DNA from: an uncultured delta proteobacterium
GTDB taxonomy: Bacteria; Myxococcota_A; Polyangia; Polyangiales; Polyangiaceae
DNA: 64,000 nucleotides
Assembly (NCBI GenBank): GCA_963806225.1
Contig: CAWDXG010000004.1
Coordinates: 352,001 to 416,000, forward strand
Direction of reading: 5' to 3'
Positions 55,457 through 64,000 of this stretch are shown in pieces; position 1 is the stretch's first letter; the number at the start of each line of letters is the position of its first letter. The notes below the pieces were generated by a model, which made no database searches, was not told the origin of the DNA, and saw only the letters and a list, made by a program, of their open reading frames with translations. The position numbers were made by a program, and so were the translations under genes.

Positions 55457-56296
55457 TCAGGAGCTGGAGTTCCTGGGGGGACGCAGCGTCCGCAGCGACG
55501 GCGGGCGCGAGCCGTCGAGGTCGGTGAAGCCGTACTCCTCGGCGAGCTCGGCCACCACCAGGGCCTTCCCGGTTCGGGAAAGCAGGTCGGGGTCTGCCGC
55601 CAGGGCTGCCACGGCGCGGCCACTGAACTGGGGCGTCTCGCCCTGGGCGGTATCGAAGGGGAGACGCTCGGGCTCCAGGAGCAGACGCTCGGTCTTGACG
55701 ATGCCGGGCCAGATGGAGACCACGGTCACACCGTAGGGCTGGAGATCGCGTGCGGCGTCCCGCGACAGGCGATCCGCGCCGGCCTTGCCCACGCCGTAGG
55801 CGACGTTGACCGAAGTGATCTTGGCGCCGAAGGACGAGACGTTCACGATCAGGCCGCGGCGAGCCGCGGCCATGCGCCGGGCGGCGAAGACCGACGCGAC
55901 ATAGTGCGAGCGCAGCCCGACGCCGTGCATCGTGTCCCAGAAGGAGATGGGCTGCTCCCAGAAAGGATCGCCCATGAGCTTGCCCTCGGGGATGGCGAAG
56001 GCGTTGTTCACCAGGACGTCGAGGCGCCCGGCCTCGTCGTCGATGCGGGCGAACAGGGCCTCCACCTCGTCGTCGCGGGCGTGGTCCACGCGCACCGGGA
56101 TCCCGCGGCCCCCGAGCGCGGTCACGGCTTCGGCGGTCTCGCCGATGGTGCCGGGGAGACGGCCCGGAGTCGTGGAGCGCCCCGTGACGTAGACCGTGGC
56201 CCCGGCCTCGCCGAGGCCCAGGGCGATCCCCCGACCCACACCCCGGCTCGCGCCGGTCACCACTGCAACCCTGCCTGTGAGGTCCGGAGTCGCCAT
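55457..56296 (-). CDS. Short-chain dehydrogenase/reductase
   Basis: TGASRGVG; LVNNA; VNVSS; YGVGK catalytic motif. Confidence 0.93.
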   Translation of the reverse strand: MATPDLTGRVAVVTGASRGVGRGIALGLGEAGATVYVTGRSTTPGRLPGTIGETAEAVTALGGRGIPVRVDHARDDEVEALFARIDDEAGRLDVLVNNAFAIPEGKLMGDPFWEQPISFWDTMHGVGLRSHYVASVFAARRMAAARRGLIVNVSSFGAKITSVNVAYGVGKAGADRLSRDAARDLQPYGVTVVSIWPGIVKTERLLLEPERLPFDTAQGETPQFSGRAVAALAADPDLLSRTGKALVVAELAEEYGFTDLDGSRPPSLRTLRPPRNSSS

Positions 56297-56298
56297 GG

Positions 56299-57449
56299 CT
56301 AGAGCATCGCCACGTCGGTGTCGAGACCGAGCAGCACGCGGCCTACCAGAGAGGTGGAGGCGGGGCTCACCATGATGTGTTGGGTGGCGACGTGGATGTC
56401 GCGGAAGTGCCGCTGCAGCGGGTGGCGGGCGTACACCGAGGTTCCTCCGCCGGCCTCGTACATGAGATCGACCGCGGCGGCCGACTCCGTCACGGCGTGG
56501 CTGGCGGCGAGGCGGAGCCGGGCCCGGGCCTGCACCGAGGCGGCCCCGTCCTGCTCCGTCTCGGCAACGGCCTGGGCAGCAGCGTCGTCGAGGAACGCCC
56601 GGGCGGCGGCCACCTTCGCCTCGGCGCGCGCCACGGCAAGCTGGATCCCCTCACGGTGCGCCAGGCTGCGCCCGGACCCTTGCGGCTGCTTGCCGCCGGC
56701 CAGCGCCACCAGCGCGTCGACCGAGGCGCGGGCGACGCCCAGGGCGACGGCAGCGATGCCGGAGGCGAGGACGCCGTAGAAGGGCAGAGCGAAGATCGGA
56801 CTCGACTCGCGAGGCCAATCGGCGAGGAGCGAGAAGCTGCGGGCGGCCGGGACGAACACGTCGGACACTTCGAGAATCGTGGCTGCCGGTGCCGCGCAGG
56901 CCGCTGGCGTCCCAGGTGTCCACCACGCGGGCCTCGTCCGCGGAAAACAGCATGTGCCGCACCTCGTCCTGCCCCTCGATCTTCGCTCCGCCCATGCGCC
57001 ACTGCGAGTGCTGGCAGCCGCTGGCGAACGGCCAGCGCCCCGACACGCGGTAGCCCCCGTCCGCCGGGACGGCTCGGCCGAAGGGGGCGAAGACGCCGCA
57101 GGTGACGGCGTCGGGCGGCCCGTCAGACGCGTCGGGAGACGTCGGGGTCCAGAAAGCCGGACATCAATCCCGAGCTGGCGCCGATCATGGCGCACCATCC
57201 GGCAGAACCGTCGGCGTGGCCAATCTCCTCGAGCACCGCGACGAGGGTCCCGAGCGAGGCCTCGGCGCCGCCCAGCGACGCCGGAACCAGGAGCTTGAAG
57301 ACCCCCGCCTCGACTAGTGCTCCTACCGCTTCGGGGGGAAGGCGCCGCTCGGCCTCGATGCGGGCCGACAGCGGGGCGATGACCTCACCCGCCCGCCGGG
57401 CCCGTTCCACGAGAGCGGCGTGGGCGCCGCCATCACCTGCAAAGGACAT
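56299..57449 (-). pseudogene. Acyl-CoA dehydrogenase family flavin monooxygenase (HsaA-like), frameshifted
   Basis: Three consecutive frames: ERRLP..LGGAE..DGSAGW; VSGRWPFASG..TWDASGLRGTGS; LQRHFRDIHVATQH. Breaks near 57130 and 56880 may be sequence errors. Confidence 0.8.
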
Positions 57450-57531
57450 GGGTCATGTCTAGGGCGCTCTGCAGGGGCAAGGCAAGGGCGATGGCTTCGG
57501 CGTCGGCCCTTCGAGCGGCCCACCGCCTTCG

Positions 57532-58539
57532 TCAGGGCGTCCCGGAAATCGCGCGGATCGCGAGATAGGTGATCACGGCGATCAGCGCGGCCGCGGGGAT
57601 CGTGAAGATCCACGCCCACACGATGCGGCCGGCCACGCCCCAGCGCACCGCGCTCAGCCGGCGCTCCGCCGTACCGACGCCGACGATCGAACCAGTGATG
57701 GTGTGGGTCGTGGAAACCGGCACACCCAGGAACGTGGCCAAGGCCAGCGTGATCGAGCCCGCTGTCTCGGCGCAGAAGCCGCCGACCGGGCGGAGCTTCG
57801 TGATCTTCATGCCCATCGTCTTCACGATGCGCCAGCCGCCGGACAGCGTGCCGAGGGCCATCGCCGCCTGGCACGCGAGCACGACCCATATCTGCGGCGT
57901 CACATGCGACGTCTTCTGCTGCAGGCCGGCGGCGATCAAGAGCACGGTGATGATGCCCATCGTCTTCTGCGCGTCGTTGCCGCCGTGCCCCAGCGAGTAG
58001 AACGCCGCCGACACGAGCTGACCGCGCCTGAAGAAGCGATCCACGCGCGCGGGCCGCGCCTGTGCCAGCACCCAGCGCACCAGCCTCATCAGAAGCCAGC
58101 CGAGGAGCATGCCCAGCATCGGCGCGAGCACGATGAACAACACCACCTTGCCGAAGACGGCTGCGTTGAGGATCGACAGCCGCGGCGTGTGCGCGAGGGC
58201 GGCGCCGGCGAAGGCGCCCATCAGCGCATGCGAGGACGAGGACGGCAGGCCCGACCACCAGGTCACGAGGTTCCACGCGATCGCCCCGACCAGGGTGGCG
58301 AGGATCACGTTGTTGGTCACCGCCGTGAGCTCGACACCCTTGGCGATCGCGGACGAGACGTTGCTCGGGTAGACCAGGAACGCCACGAAGTTGAACACCG
58401 CGGCCCAGACCACCGCAGCACGGGGCGACAACACGCGGGTGGACACCACCGTCGCGATCGAGTTCGCCGCGTCATGGAAGCCGTTGCTGAAGTCGAAAAC
58501 GAGCGCAATGAGGATGATGACGGCGAGGTACGCGGTCAT
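57532..58539 (-). CDS. pit: PiT family inorganic phosphate transporter
   Basis: NGFHDAANSIAT; PSSSSHAL; HGGNDAQKTMG; PVSTTH; WIFTIP. Confidence 0.95.
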   Translation of the reverse strand: MTAYLAVIILIALVFDFSNGFHDAANSIATVVSTRVLSPRAAVVWAAVFNFVAFLVYPSNVSSAIAKGVELTAVTNNVILATLVGAIAWNLVTWWSGLPSSSSHALMGAFAGAALAHTPRLSILNAAVFGKVVLFIVLAPMLGMLLGWLLMRLVRWVLAQARPARVDRFFRRGQLVSAAFYSLGHGGNDAQKTMGIITVLLIAAGLQQKTSHVTPQIWVVLACQAAMALGTLSGGWRIVKTMGMKITKLRPVGGFCAETAGSITLALATFLGVPVSTTHTITGSIVGVGTAERRLSAVRWGVAGRIVWAWIFTIPAAALIAVITYLAIRAISGTP

Positions 58540-59156
58540 CACGCATGCTCCAGCACGATCCCCTCGATGATGTTCGCCACGTCCTCGGCGCGGTCCGTCG
58601 CCGTTTCCATCGACTCCAGGATGTCGCGCCAGCGCATCACTTCCATGGGCTCTTTCTCTTCCTTGAAGAGACGCGCCACTGCACGCCGGTAGATCACGTC
58701 CGCCTGGTGCTCGTGCGCGTTGATGGAGACGCACAGATCGAGCACCGGCTTCGGGTCCTTCAGGTTCTTGAGTTGCGCGACCGCCTTGGCCACGTCCCGG
58801 GCGGCTGCGCAGAGGCTGTCGGCAAGCTCGAGCGCTTCGGGCCGTGCCGCACGGATCTCGTAGAGCAGGACCCAGTCGCTGGCCGCCTCGACGAAGTCCA
58901 GCACGTCGTCGAGCGCGCAGATGAGCGCGTGGATCTCCTCGCGGTCGAGCGGCGTGATCCAGGTCTGGTGCAGGGCGGTGACCGTCTCGTGCGTGATGCG
59001 GTCGCCCTCCTTCTCGGCCTGGGTGATCTCGCCGGCGAGGTCCTTCACCTTCGCCGGGTCGTCGAACATTGCCTTCAGCTTTCCAGTAGCGCGGACCGTG
59101 AGGTCCGCGTGCGACTGGAACGCCGTCCAGAACACCGCATCACGGGTGAGAGCCAT
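58539..59156 (-). CDS. DUF47 (PhoU-like) phosphate transport regulator
   Basis: EKEGD; ITPLDREEI; LDDVLD; EHQAD; METATDRAED; TGATG-coupled to pit. Confidence 0.92.
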   Translation of the reverse strand: MALTRDAVFWTAFQSHADLTVRATGKLKAMFDDPAKVKDLAGEITQAEKEGDRITHETVTALHQTWITPLDREEIHALICALDDVLDFVEAASDWVLLYEIRAARPEALELADSLCAAARDVAKAVAQLKNLKDPKPVLDLCVSINAHEHQADVIYRRAVARLFKEEKEPMEVMRWRDILESMETATDRAEDVANIIEGIVLEHA

Positions 59157-59294
59157 GGCAGCCGGTGCGGATGAAACCGGCGGCCCCCCGCCGGGTCAAG
59201 GAAAAGCAACGTCGGCGTGACAGGCGCCTGTTGTCGCGCGCGGGTCAGCGTCTTCCGCCCAGGTGGGGGCCGCCGCCGGCGTGACGGGAACGCG

Positions 59295-59560
59295 CTACGT
59301 CTTCCAGGGCTCGACGTTGATCGCCTGCCGCGCGGGGCGAGCGTGCATACGCTGGTACCAGGCGTCGAACGCCGGATACGTGGCTTGGGGCAAGCCGACC
59401 CGGCGGAAGTAGATGGTCATCGCGATCACCGAGAGGTCTGCGAGCGTGGGCGCGTCGCCTGCCAGGTAGGGCCGCTCGCCGAGGTGAGCGTCCAGGTGGC
59501 GGAGCAGCCCCTCGAGCTCCCGATCCTTCCATGCCGTCCGCGGCAGGAGCTGCAAAGCGC
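59295..59560 (-). pseudogene. Glutathione S-transferase C-terminal fragment
   Basis: LDAHLGERPYLAGDAPTLADL..YPAFDAWYQRMHARPA; N-terminal domain absent. Confidence 0.7.
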
Positions 59561-59780
59561 AAGCCGGGTCCCAGGCGTGGTTCGGCGCGCGCGCTCCAGG
59601 CGACGTGTGCTCGCGGCTGACGCTCCTTGGTCGTCGGGCGGTGGTCGCACTGCAGGACGAGCCGAAGGACGAGCAGGTTGTGGTCGACACGAGCGCAGCC
59701 AACTTCGAGCAGATTGTAGGGCGAGGAAATCCCACCCCATCCTTGGAAGTGTACGCCGAGCGGCAACCAGCGGACAGTGG

Positions 59781-60015
59781 CGCATCCACACGCTCGCGCT
59801 GGATGAAGTGTTCGTCGAAGGGAAAGACGGCGAGCTCGCGTTCCACGCGCTGCCGCATCTCGCCAACGACGACGTCGCGGACCTCTTGCAGATCGCGCGC
59901 ACCCGCATCCTCGCGCTGCTGCACCGCAAGGGCGTGCTCGCAGACGACGCCATGGGCGCCGACGCCAAGCTCGGCGAGAGCGAGCCCGCGCTGGCGGAGC
60001 TGGCCGACGCCGCAG
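59781..60015 (+). mobile_element. IS91-like transposase remnant, second copy
   Basis: IHTLALDEVF..ELAFHALPHLANDDVADLLQIARTRI; homologous to 55181-55335 at DNA and protein level. Confidence 0.7.
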
Positions 60016-60050
60016 GCGAAGCCTGCCGGCGCAACTGCGCCCCGGACCGC

Positions 60051-60191
60051 GCCGCCCAGATGGAGAGGGCGTGAGCCGGCGACGAACACCGCCGCGCAGT
60101 CGCCGAGATGGAGAGGAATCGAGCCGGCTGCAAACAATCCCGGCACAGCCGCCCAGATTGAGAGGACTTGAGCCGGCGGCGAATACTTCCG
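60051..60191. repeat. Three degenerate ~48-bp direct repeats
   Basis: G(C/T)CGCC(C/G)AGAT(G/T)GAGAGG-N4-5-GAGCCGGC at 60051, 60099 and 60148. Confidence 0.75.
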
Positions 60192-60301
60192 CTAGTGGCC
60201 GAGCTTCACGCTCTATGGACGGCCAAGGTCGGACATGAGGCCGAAGTCCGTCGACCCAAGGAGCGCCTGAGTTTTGACCTGCGACTTCTCGAGATGAACA
60301 G

Positions 60302-60385
60302 TGCGAAGGAGAGGACTTGAACCTCCACGGGAGTTACCCCACTAGAACCTGAATCTAGCGCGTCTGCCAGTTCCGCCACCTTCGC
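60302..60385 (-). tRNA. tRNA-Leu (CAG), CCA not encoded
   Basis: GCGAAGG acceptor stem; TGGCGGAACTGGCAGACGC D arm; CTAGA-TTCAGGT-TCTAG anticodon arm; long variable arm; GGTTCAAGTCC T arm. Confidence 0.96.
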
Positions 60386-60537
60386 GAGTGATTTGTGGCC
60401 CACCTTCTGGCCCAGCTTGGGGCAGTTGGCAAGCTCCGGAATCGGACAGGGCGTCTACCTCACCCGGGACCGCTTCGGCAAGGCCTTGTAGAACCCGGCA
60501 AACCCGGCCGGGGGGTCGAACGGCGACGGCACGTGCC

Positions 60538-61110
60538 TCAGGGGGTCGTCCGGGATCGCCGCTGTTCCGGATGCAGGTCCTGCTGGTGCAGCACTGCTTT
60601 TGCGCTGTCGATCAGGCCCTGGGCTGCCCCGGACATGGCGGCCGCAGTGGCCTGGTTGCTCGCGATCCAGAGTGTGCCCTTGGCGTCGGGAAAGCCGACC
60701 ATGGTCAGGTTCTGGCTGTCGTAGGGCCAGTAGCCAGGGTCGGCCGCGAGCTTGGCCGTCTTGTACAGCTTGTCGAGCCGGCCGAAGATCTTCGCCGCCT
60801 TGCCGGCATCCATGCAGCCCTTCCGCTTGGTCTGGACCCCCTGCCCCGACCCCGCCGGACCGGACATCTCGAAGCACCCGCCGCGCCAGGCGCGCATGTG
60901 GCGGCGCTCGGCGCCGCCCTGGGCGCGCCACGACAGCTCGACGACCTCCACCGGCCCGCGACGCTCGGAAGGCGGCGGCGACGGGGACGGAGCGACGTCC
61001 GTCACGGGCGCACTAGGCACCGGAGCGGTACCACCGCAGCCGCCAAGCAGCGCGGCGAGGCCGGCCGCCGAAAGCCATCGCACGACTGTCGAAGCCATGG
61101 CGGCCAGCAT
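60538..61110 (-). CDS. Hypothetical lipoprotein
   Basis: Lipobox LLGGC; Pro-rich linker; coding-like codon use. The 3' end is uncertain. Confidence 0.6.
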   Translation of the reverse strand: MLAAMASTVVRWLSAAGLAALLGGCGGTAPVPSAPVTDVAPSPSPPPSERRGPVEVVELSWRAQGGAERRHMRAWRGGCFEMSGPAGSGQGVQTKRKGCMDAGKAAKIFGRLDKLYKTAKLAADPGYWPYDSQNLTMVGFPDAKGTLWIASNQATAAAMSGAAQGLIDSAKAVLHQQDLHPEQRRSRTTP

Positions 61111-61120
61111 TGTACACCCA

Positions 61121-61969
61121 CTACCCCCCGAAAATCAGATAACCCGCGCCGCTGATGAAGAAGTTCAGGATGATCACGGCGAGTGACGAGTTGACCACCG
61201 CACGCGTGGTCGCCCAGCCCACGCCCTCGGAACCGCCGAAGGTGCTGAGCCCGCAGTAGCCGCTCACCACGGGGATCGCCGCGCCGTAGGCCAGGCATTT
61301 GGTCAAACCGACCGTCACGTCGCCCACGTCGACCAGGCTCATGTTCATGAAGGTCCGCGGATTGATGTTGAAAAAGGCGTAACCCGTCCACATGCCGGTC
61401 AGGTACGCCACGCAGGCCGCAACCACGACGAGCACCAATGTCATGACCAGGCTCGCGATGAAGCGCGGCTTGATCAGGTAGTCCACCGGGTCGGCCGCAC
61501 ACATGCGCAGGGCGTCGACCTGCTCGGTCACCACCATCGACCCGATCTCGGCGGCGATGCCCGCGCCGACGCGCGTCGCCAGCATCAGCGCGCTGATGCT
61601 CGCCGCCAGGTCGCGCACCAGAAGCTCGAGGAACGTCGCACCCAGCAGGGATAGGTCCGGAACCACGCGGCGCGTCTGCAGGCCCGCCTGGTAGACGAGG
61701 ATCATGCCGATGAAGCCCATCACCACGCACAGGAAGATCAGCGACTTGTTGCCGATCTCGTACATCTGGCGGGACACCGCGCCAGGCTCGCGCACGCCGC
61801 GCACGGTGTAGTACAGCGTCTTGACGAAGACGGAATACAGCTGCTTGCCGGCGTCGACCAGGTCCAGCGCGGCGCCGCCCACCGCAGCAAGACCGGTCCG
61901 CTCCTTCGGCGGCAGTGCCTCTTCGTCGACCGTACCGACGCTGCTGCTCGCGGTCGCCGCCATCCTCAA
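61121..61969 (-). CDS. mlaE: MlaE family ABC transporter permease
   Basis: QMYEIGNKSL; RVGAGIAAEIGSMVVTEQVDAL; DPVDYLIKPR; GGSEGVGWATT. Confidence 0.93.
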   Translation of the reverse strand: MRMAATASSSVGTVDEEALPPKERTGLAAVGGAALDLVDAGKQLYSVFVKTLYYTVRGVREPGAVSRQMYEIGNKSLIFLCVVMGFIGMILVYQAGLQTRRVVPDLSLLGATFLELLVRDLAASISALMLATRVGAGIAAEIGSMVVTEQVDALRMCAADPVDYLIKPRFIASLVMTLVLVVVAACVAYLTGMWTGYAFFNINPRTFMNMSLVDVGDVTVGLTKCLAYGAAIPVVSGYCGLSTFGGSEGVGWATTRAVVNSSLAVIILNFFISGAGYLIFGG

Positions 61970-62763
61970 CCGATCGCGAAGGAGACCAGATAGTCGAGGA
62001 TGAAGATCCCCGCCGCGCTGAACACCACCGTGGCGTTGACCGAACGACCGACGCCCGGTGCTCCGCCGGAGGTCGAGATGCCGAACTGGCAGCTTGCCAG
62101 CGCGATGACGATACCGAACACGATGCTCTTGATCAGTCCCTGGAACACGTCGCCGATGCCCAGCAGACCGGACGTGAGCCCGTTGTAGAAGATCTGCGGC
62201 TCCACACCGAGAATGCCGTAGCCGGCATAGGCCGCGCCGAACAGCGCCAGCACGTCTGCGAAGATGGTCGACAGCAGTAGCGTGACCACGATCCCGATGA
62301 AACGCGGTGTGATCAGGAAGCTCAGCGGATCGATGGCCAGGGCCCTGAGCGCATCGATCTGTTCGGTCACCACCATCGTGCCGAGCTCGGCGGTGTTGTT
62401 GGCCCCGACGCGTCCGGAGATCATCAGCGCCACCAGGAGCGGTCCGATCTCGCGCAGCGTGCCGAAGCCCGCTCCCCAGCCGAGCAACCCCTGCGCGCCG
62501 TAGCGCTCGACGATCGGCGCGGCCTGGATAACCATGATGCCGCCGGTGAACAACGCCGTGACCACGACGATCGGCAGCGATTTCACCGCCATCTTGTACA
62601 TGTTGCGGAGCAGCTCGGCGCGGTCGAAGTCCAGGCGCGCCATGCGCCAGACGACGCGTCCCGCCATCACGCCCATGCCTCCGACCAGCACGGCCGTGTC
62701 GATGAAGAAGGTGCCCAGCGCCGCGAAGGGCGTGGTGACGCGATATGCGATCGTGGACGACAT
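61966..62763 (-). CDS. mlaE: MlaE family ABC transporter permease
   Basis: REIGPLL; GRVGANNTAELGTMVVTEQIDAL; GGAPGVGRSV. Confidence 0.93.
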   Translation of the reverse strand: MSSTIAYRVTTPFAALGTFFIDTAVLVGGMGVMAGRVVWRMARLDFDRAELLRNMYKMAVKSLPIVVVTALFTGGIMVIQAAPIVERYGAQGLLGWGAGFGTLREIGPLLVALMISGRVGANNTAELGTMVVTEQIDALRALAIDPLSFLITPRFIGIVVTLLLSTIFADVLALFGAAYAGYGILGVEPQIFYNGLTSGLLGIGDVFQGLIKSIVFGIVIALASCQFGISTSGGAPGVGRSVNATVVFSAAGIFILDYLVSFAIG

Positions 62764-62892
62764 CGAGAAGGCGAAAAGCCCGGTGGCGGATTATACGCGA
62801 GAATCGCCTCGGCCTGCCGCGACCATAGCCCGGTCCCCCCGCGTGCTGTCGACGATCAATCTCCGCGGAGCTATGGTCGCCGATGAACGAGC

Positions 62893-63768
62893 ATGGCCGA
62901 ACAACCCGGGCAGGTGATCGGCGACCGCTATCGCATCCTGGCGCAGGTCGGCAAGGGCGCCCACGGCGTGGTCTATCGAGCGCGGGACCTGGAAACGCGC
63001 GATGTGGTGGCGCTCAAGTTCCTGGGCGACGACAAGAGCCTGGAGCCAGCCCACATCCGGCGCATCGAGCGCGAGGCGCTGAGCATGGCCCGTCTCAGGG
63101 GCACGAGCGCCGTCTACGTCCACGGCCTGGAGCGGACCCGGGACGGCAGGCTCTACATCGTGATGGAGATGCTCTACGGCCAGGACTTCGAGGCGTTTTT
63201 GGCTTCGGCCGAGCGTCTGGGCGGCCGGCTGAAAAGCGCCAAGCTGCTGCAGCTGCTGCGCCCCATCGCCGACACGCTCGAGGCGGCCCACCGGCAGGGC
63301 ATCGTGCATCGCGACCTCAAGCCGAGCAACGTGTTCATCCTGGACGTGGAGCACGGCGGCGGAGTGCGTCTGCTCGATTTCGGCCTGGTCAAGCTCATGG
63401 ACGCCGAGAGCCTGACGAAAAGCGGCACGGTCGCCGGCACCCCGAGCTACATCGCCCCCGAAGCGTGGAGTGGCAACCCGAAGCTCCTCGATCACCGCAT
63501 CGACGTGTACGCGCTCGGCGTGATCGTGTTCCGCGCGCTGTCCGGCCGCCTCCCCCACTCGACGACCAACATGATCGATCTGTACCGCTGGGTGCGACAG
63601 GGCGACCGCCCCGGTCTCCGCGCGCTCCGGCGCAGCCTGCCGCGGGGCATCGACGACTGGGTCCAGCGCGCCCTTGCGGTGGAGCCCGGGGATCGCTTCC
63701 AGGACATCCGCTCCATGTGGAATGCGCTCGAGGGGCTGCTCGCCCCGCGGCGGACGACGCCGTTCTAG
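62893..63768 (+). CDS. Ser/Thr protein kinase (soluble, kinase domain only)
   Basis: GKGAHGVVY; VALK; HRDLKPSN; DFG; GTPSYIAPE. Confidence 0.94.
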   Translation: MAEQPGQVIGDRYRILAQVGKGAHGVVYRARDLETRDVVALKFLGDDKSLEPAHIRRIEREALSMARLRGTSAVYVHGLERTRDGRLYIVMEMLYGQDFEAFLASAERLGGRLKSAKLLQLLRPIADTLEAAHRQGIVHRDLKPSNVFILDVEHGGGVRLLDFGLVKLMDAESLTKSGTVAGTPSYIAPEAWSGNPKLLDHRIDVYALGVIVFRALSGRLPHSTTNMIDLYRWVRQGDRPGLRALRRSLPRGIDDWVQRALAVEPGDRFQDIRSMWNALEGLLAPRRTTPF

Positions 63769-64000
63769 GCCATTCCGAGCTTGCGCCGGAGCGTGAAGGC
63801 CGGATCGCTGACCCAGAAGCGGAGCAGATCGCGCACGACCTCCATGCCCTGCGCCAGCGCGGCACCGGACAGCCCCGCCAGGTCCCCCTCCGTGCGGCGC
63901 AAGAGCGTGATGTCGCCCGGCAGGTCGTCCGACAGCATGAGCGCGGCCCGCGACGCGGACAGCCGCACCTTGGCGCACCAGTCTGCGATGTCCTTCACCG
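63765..64000 (-). CDS. C-terminal end of a gene running off the window (possibly TPR-containing)
   Basis: Open frame from the edge: SASRAALMLSDDL..DLLRFWVS..LRRKLGMA-stop. Confidence 0.6.
   Translation of the reverse strand, partial: VKDIADWCAKVRLSASRAALMLSDDLPGDITLLRRTEGDLAGLSGAALAQGMEVVRDLLRFWVSDPAFTLRRKLGMA

Overview
GC-rich bacterial window with gene content typical of Myxococcota (Polyangiaceae-like): eukaryote-type Ser/Thr kinases, TPR-PEGA proteins and many Gly-rich and Cys-rich lipoproteins. The taxonomy is inferred from gene content only. 1-11.8 kb is a kinase / TPR-PEGA / surface-lipoprotein locus containing a ~1.67-kb tandem duplication. 12-17 kb holds speD and an XPB-like helicase plus DUF790 (Bax1-like) nuclease pair, separated by sixteen copies of a 51-bp palindromic repeat. 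At 16.7-17.5 kb a thioredoxin-fold lipoprotein is split by an in-frame UGA in a UxxC motif followed by a SECIS-like hairpin, a probable unannotated selenoprotein. 18-40 kb is mostly housekeeping: kinase-STAND-WD40, PflX-like radical SAM, M50 protease, DinB, OPT transporter, DHH-CBS, YhhN, a cytochrome c lipoprotein and Lhr. 40.5-42.3 kb is a three-gene operon (IsdG-like ABM protein, unknown helical protein, Zn-ribbon/CarH-type B12-binding protein) that looks like a tetrapyrrole or light-sensing module. 47-60 kb is a mosaic of intact genes and fragments, including IS91-like transposase remnants, lying 3' of a tRNA-Leu(CAG). The window ends with two mlaE permeases and a kinase. Several frameshifts look like consensus errors. 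All family assignments are from motif recognition by eye; no searches were run.
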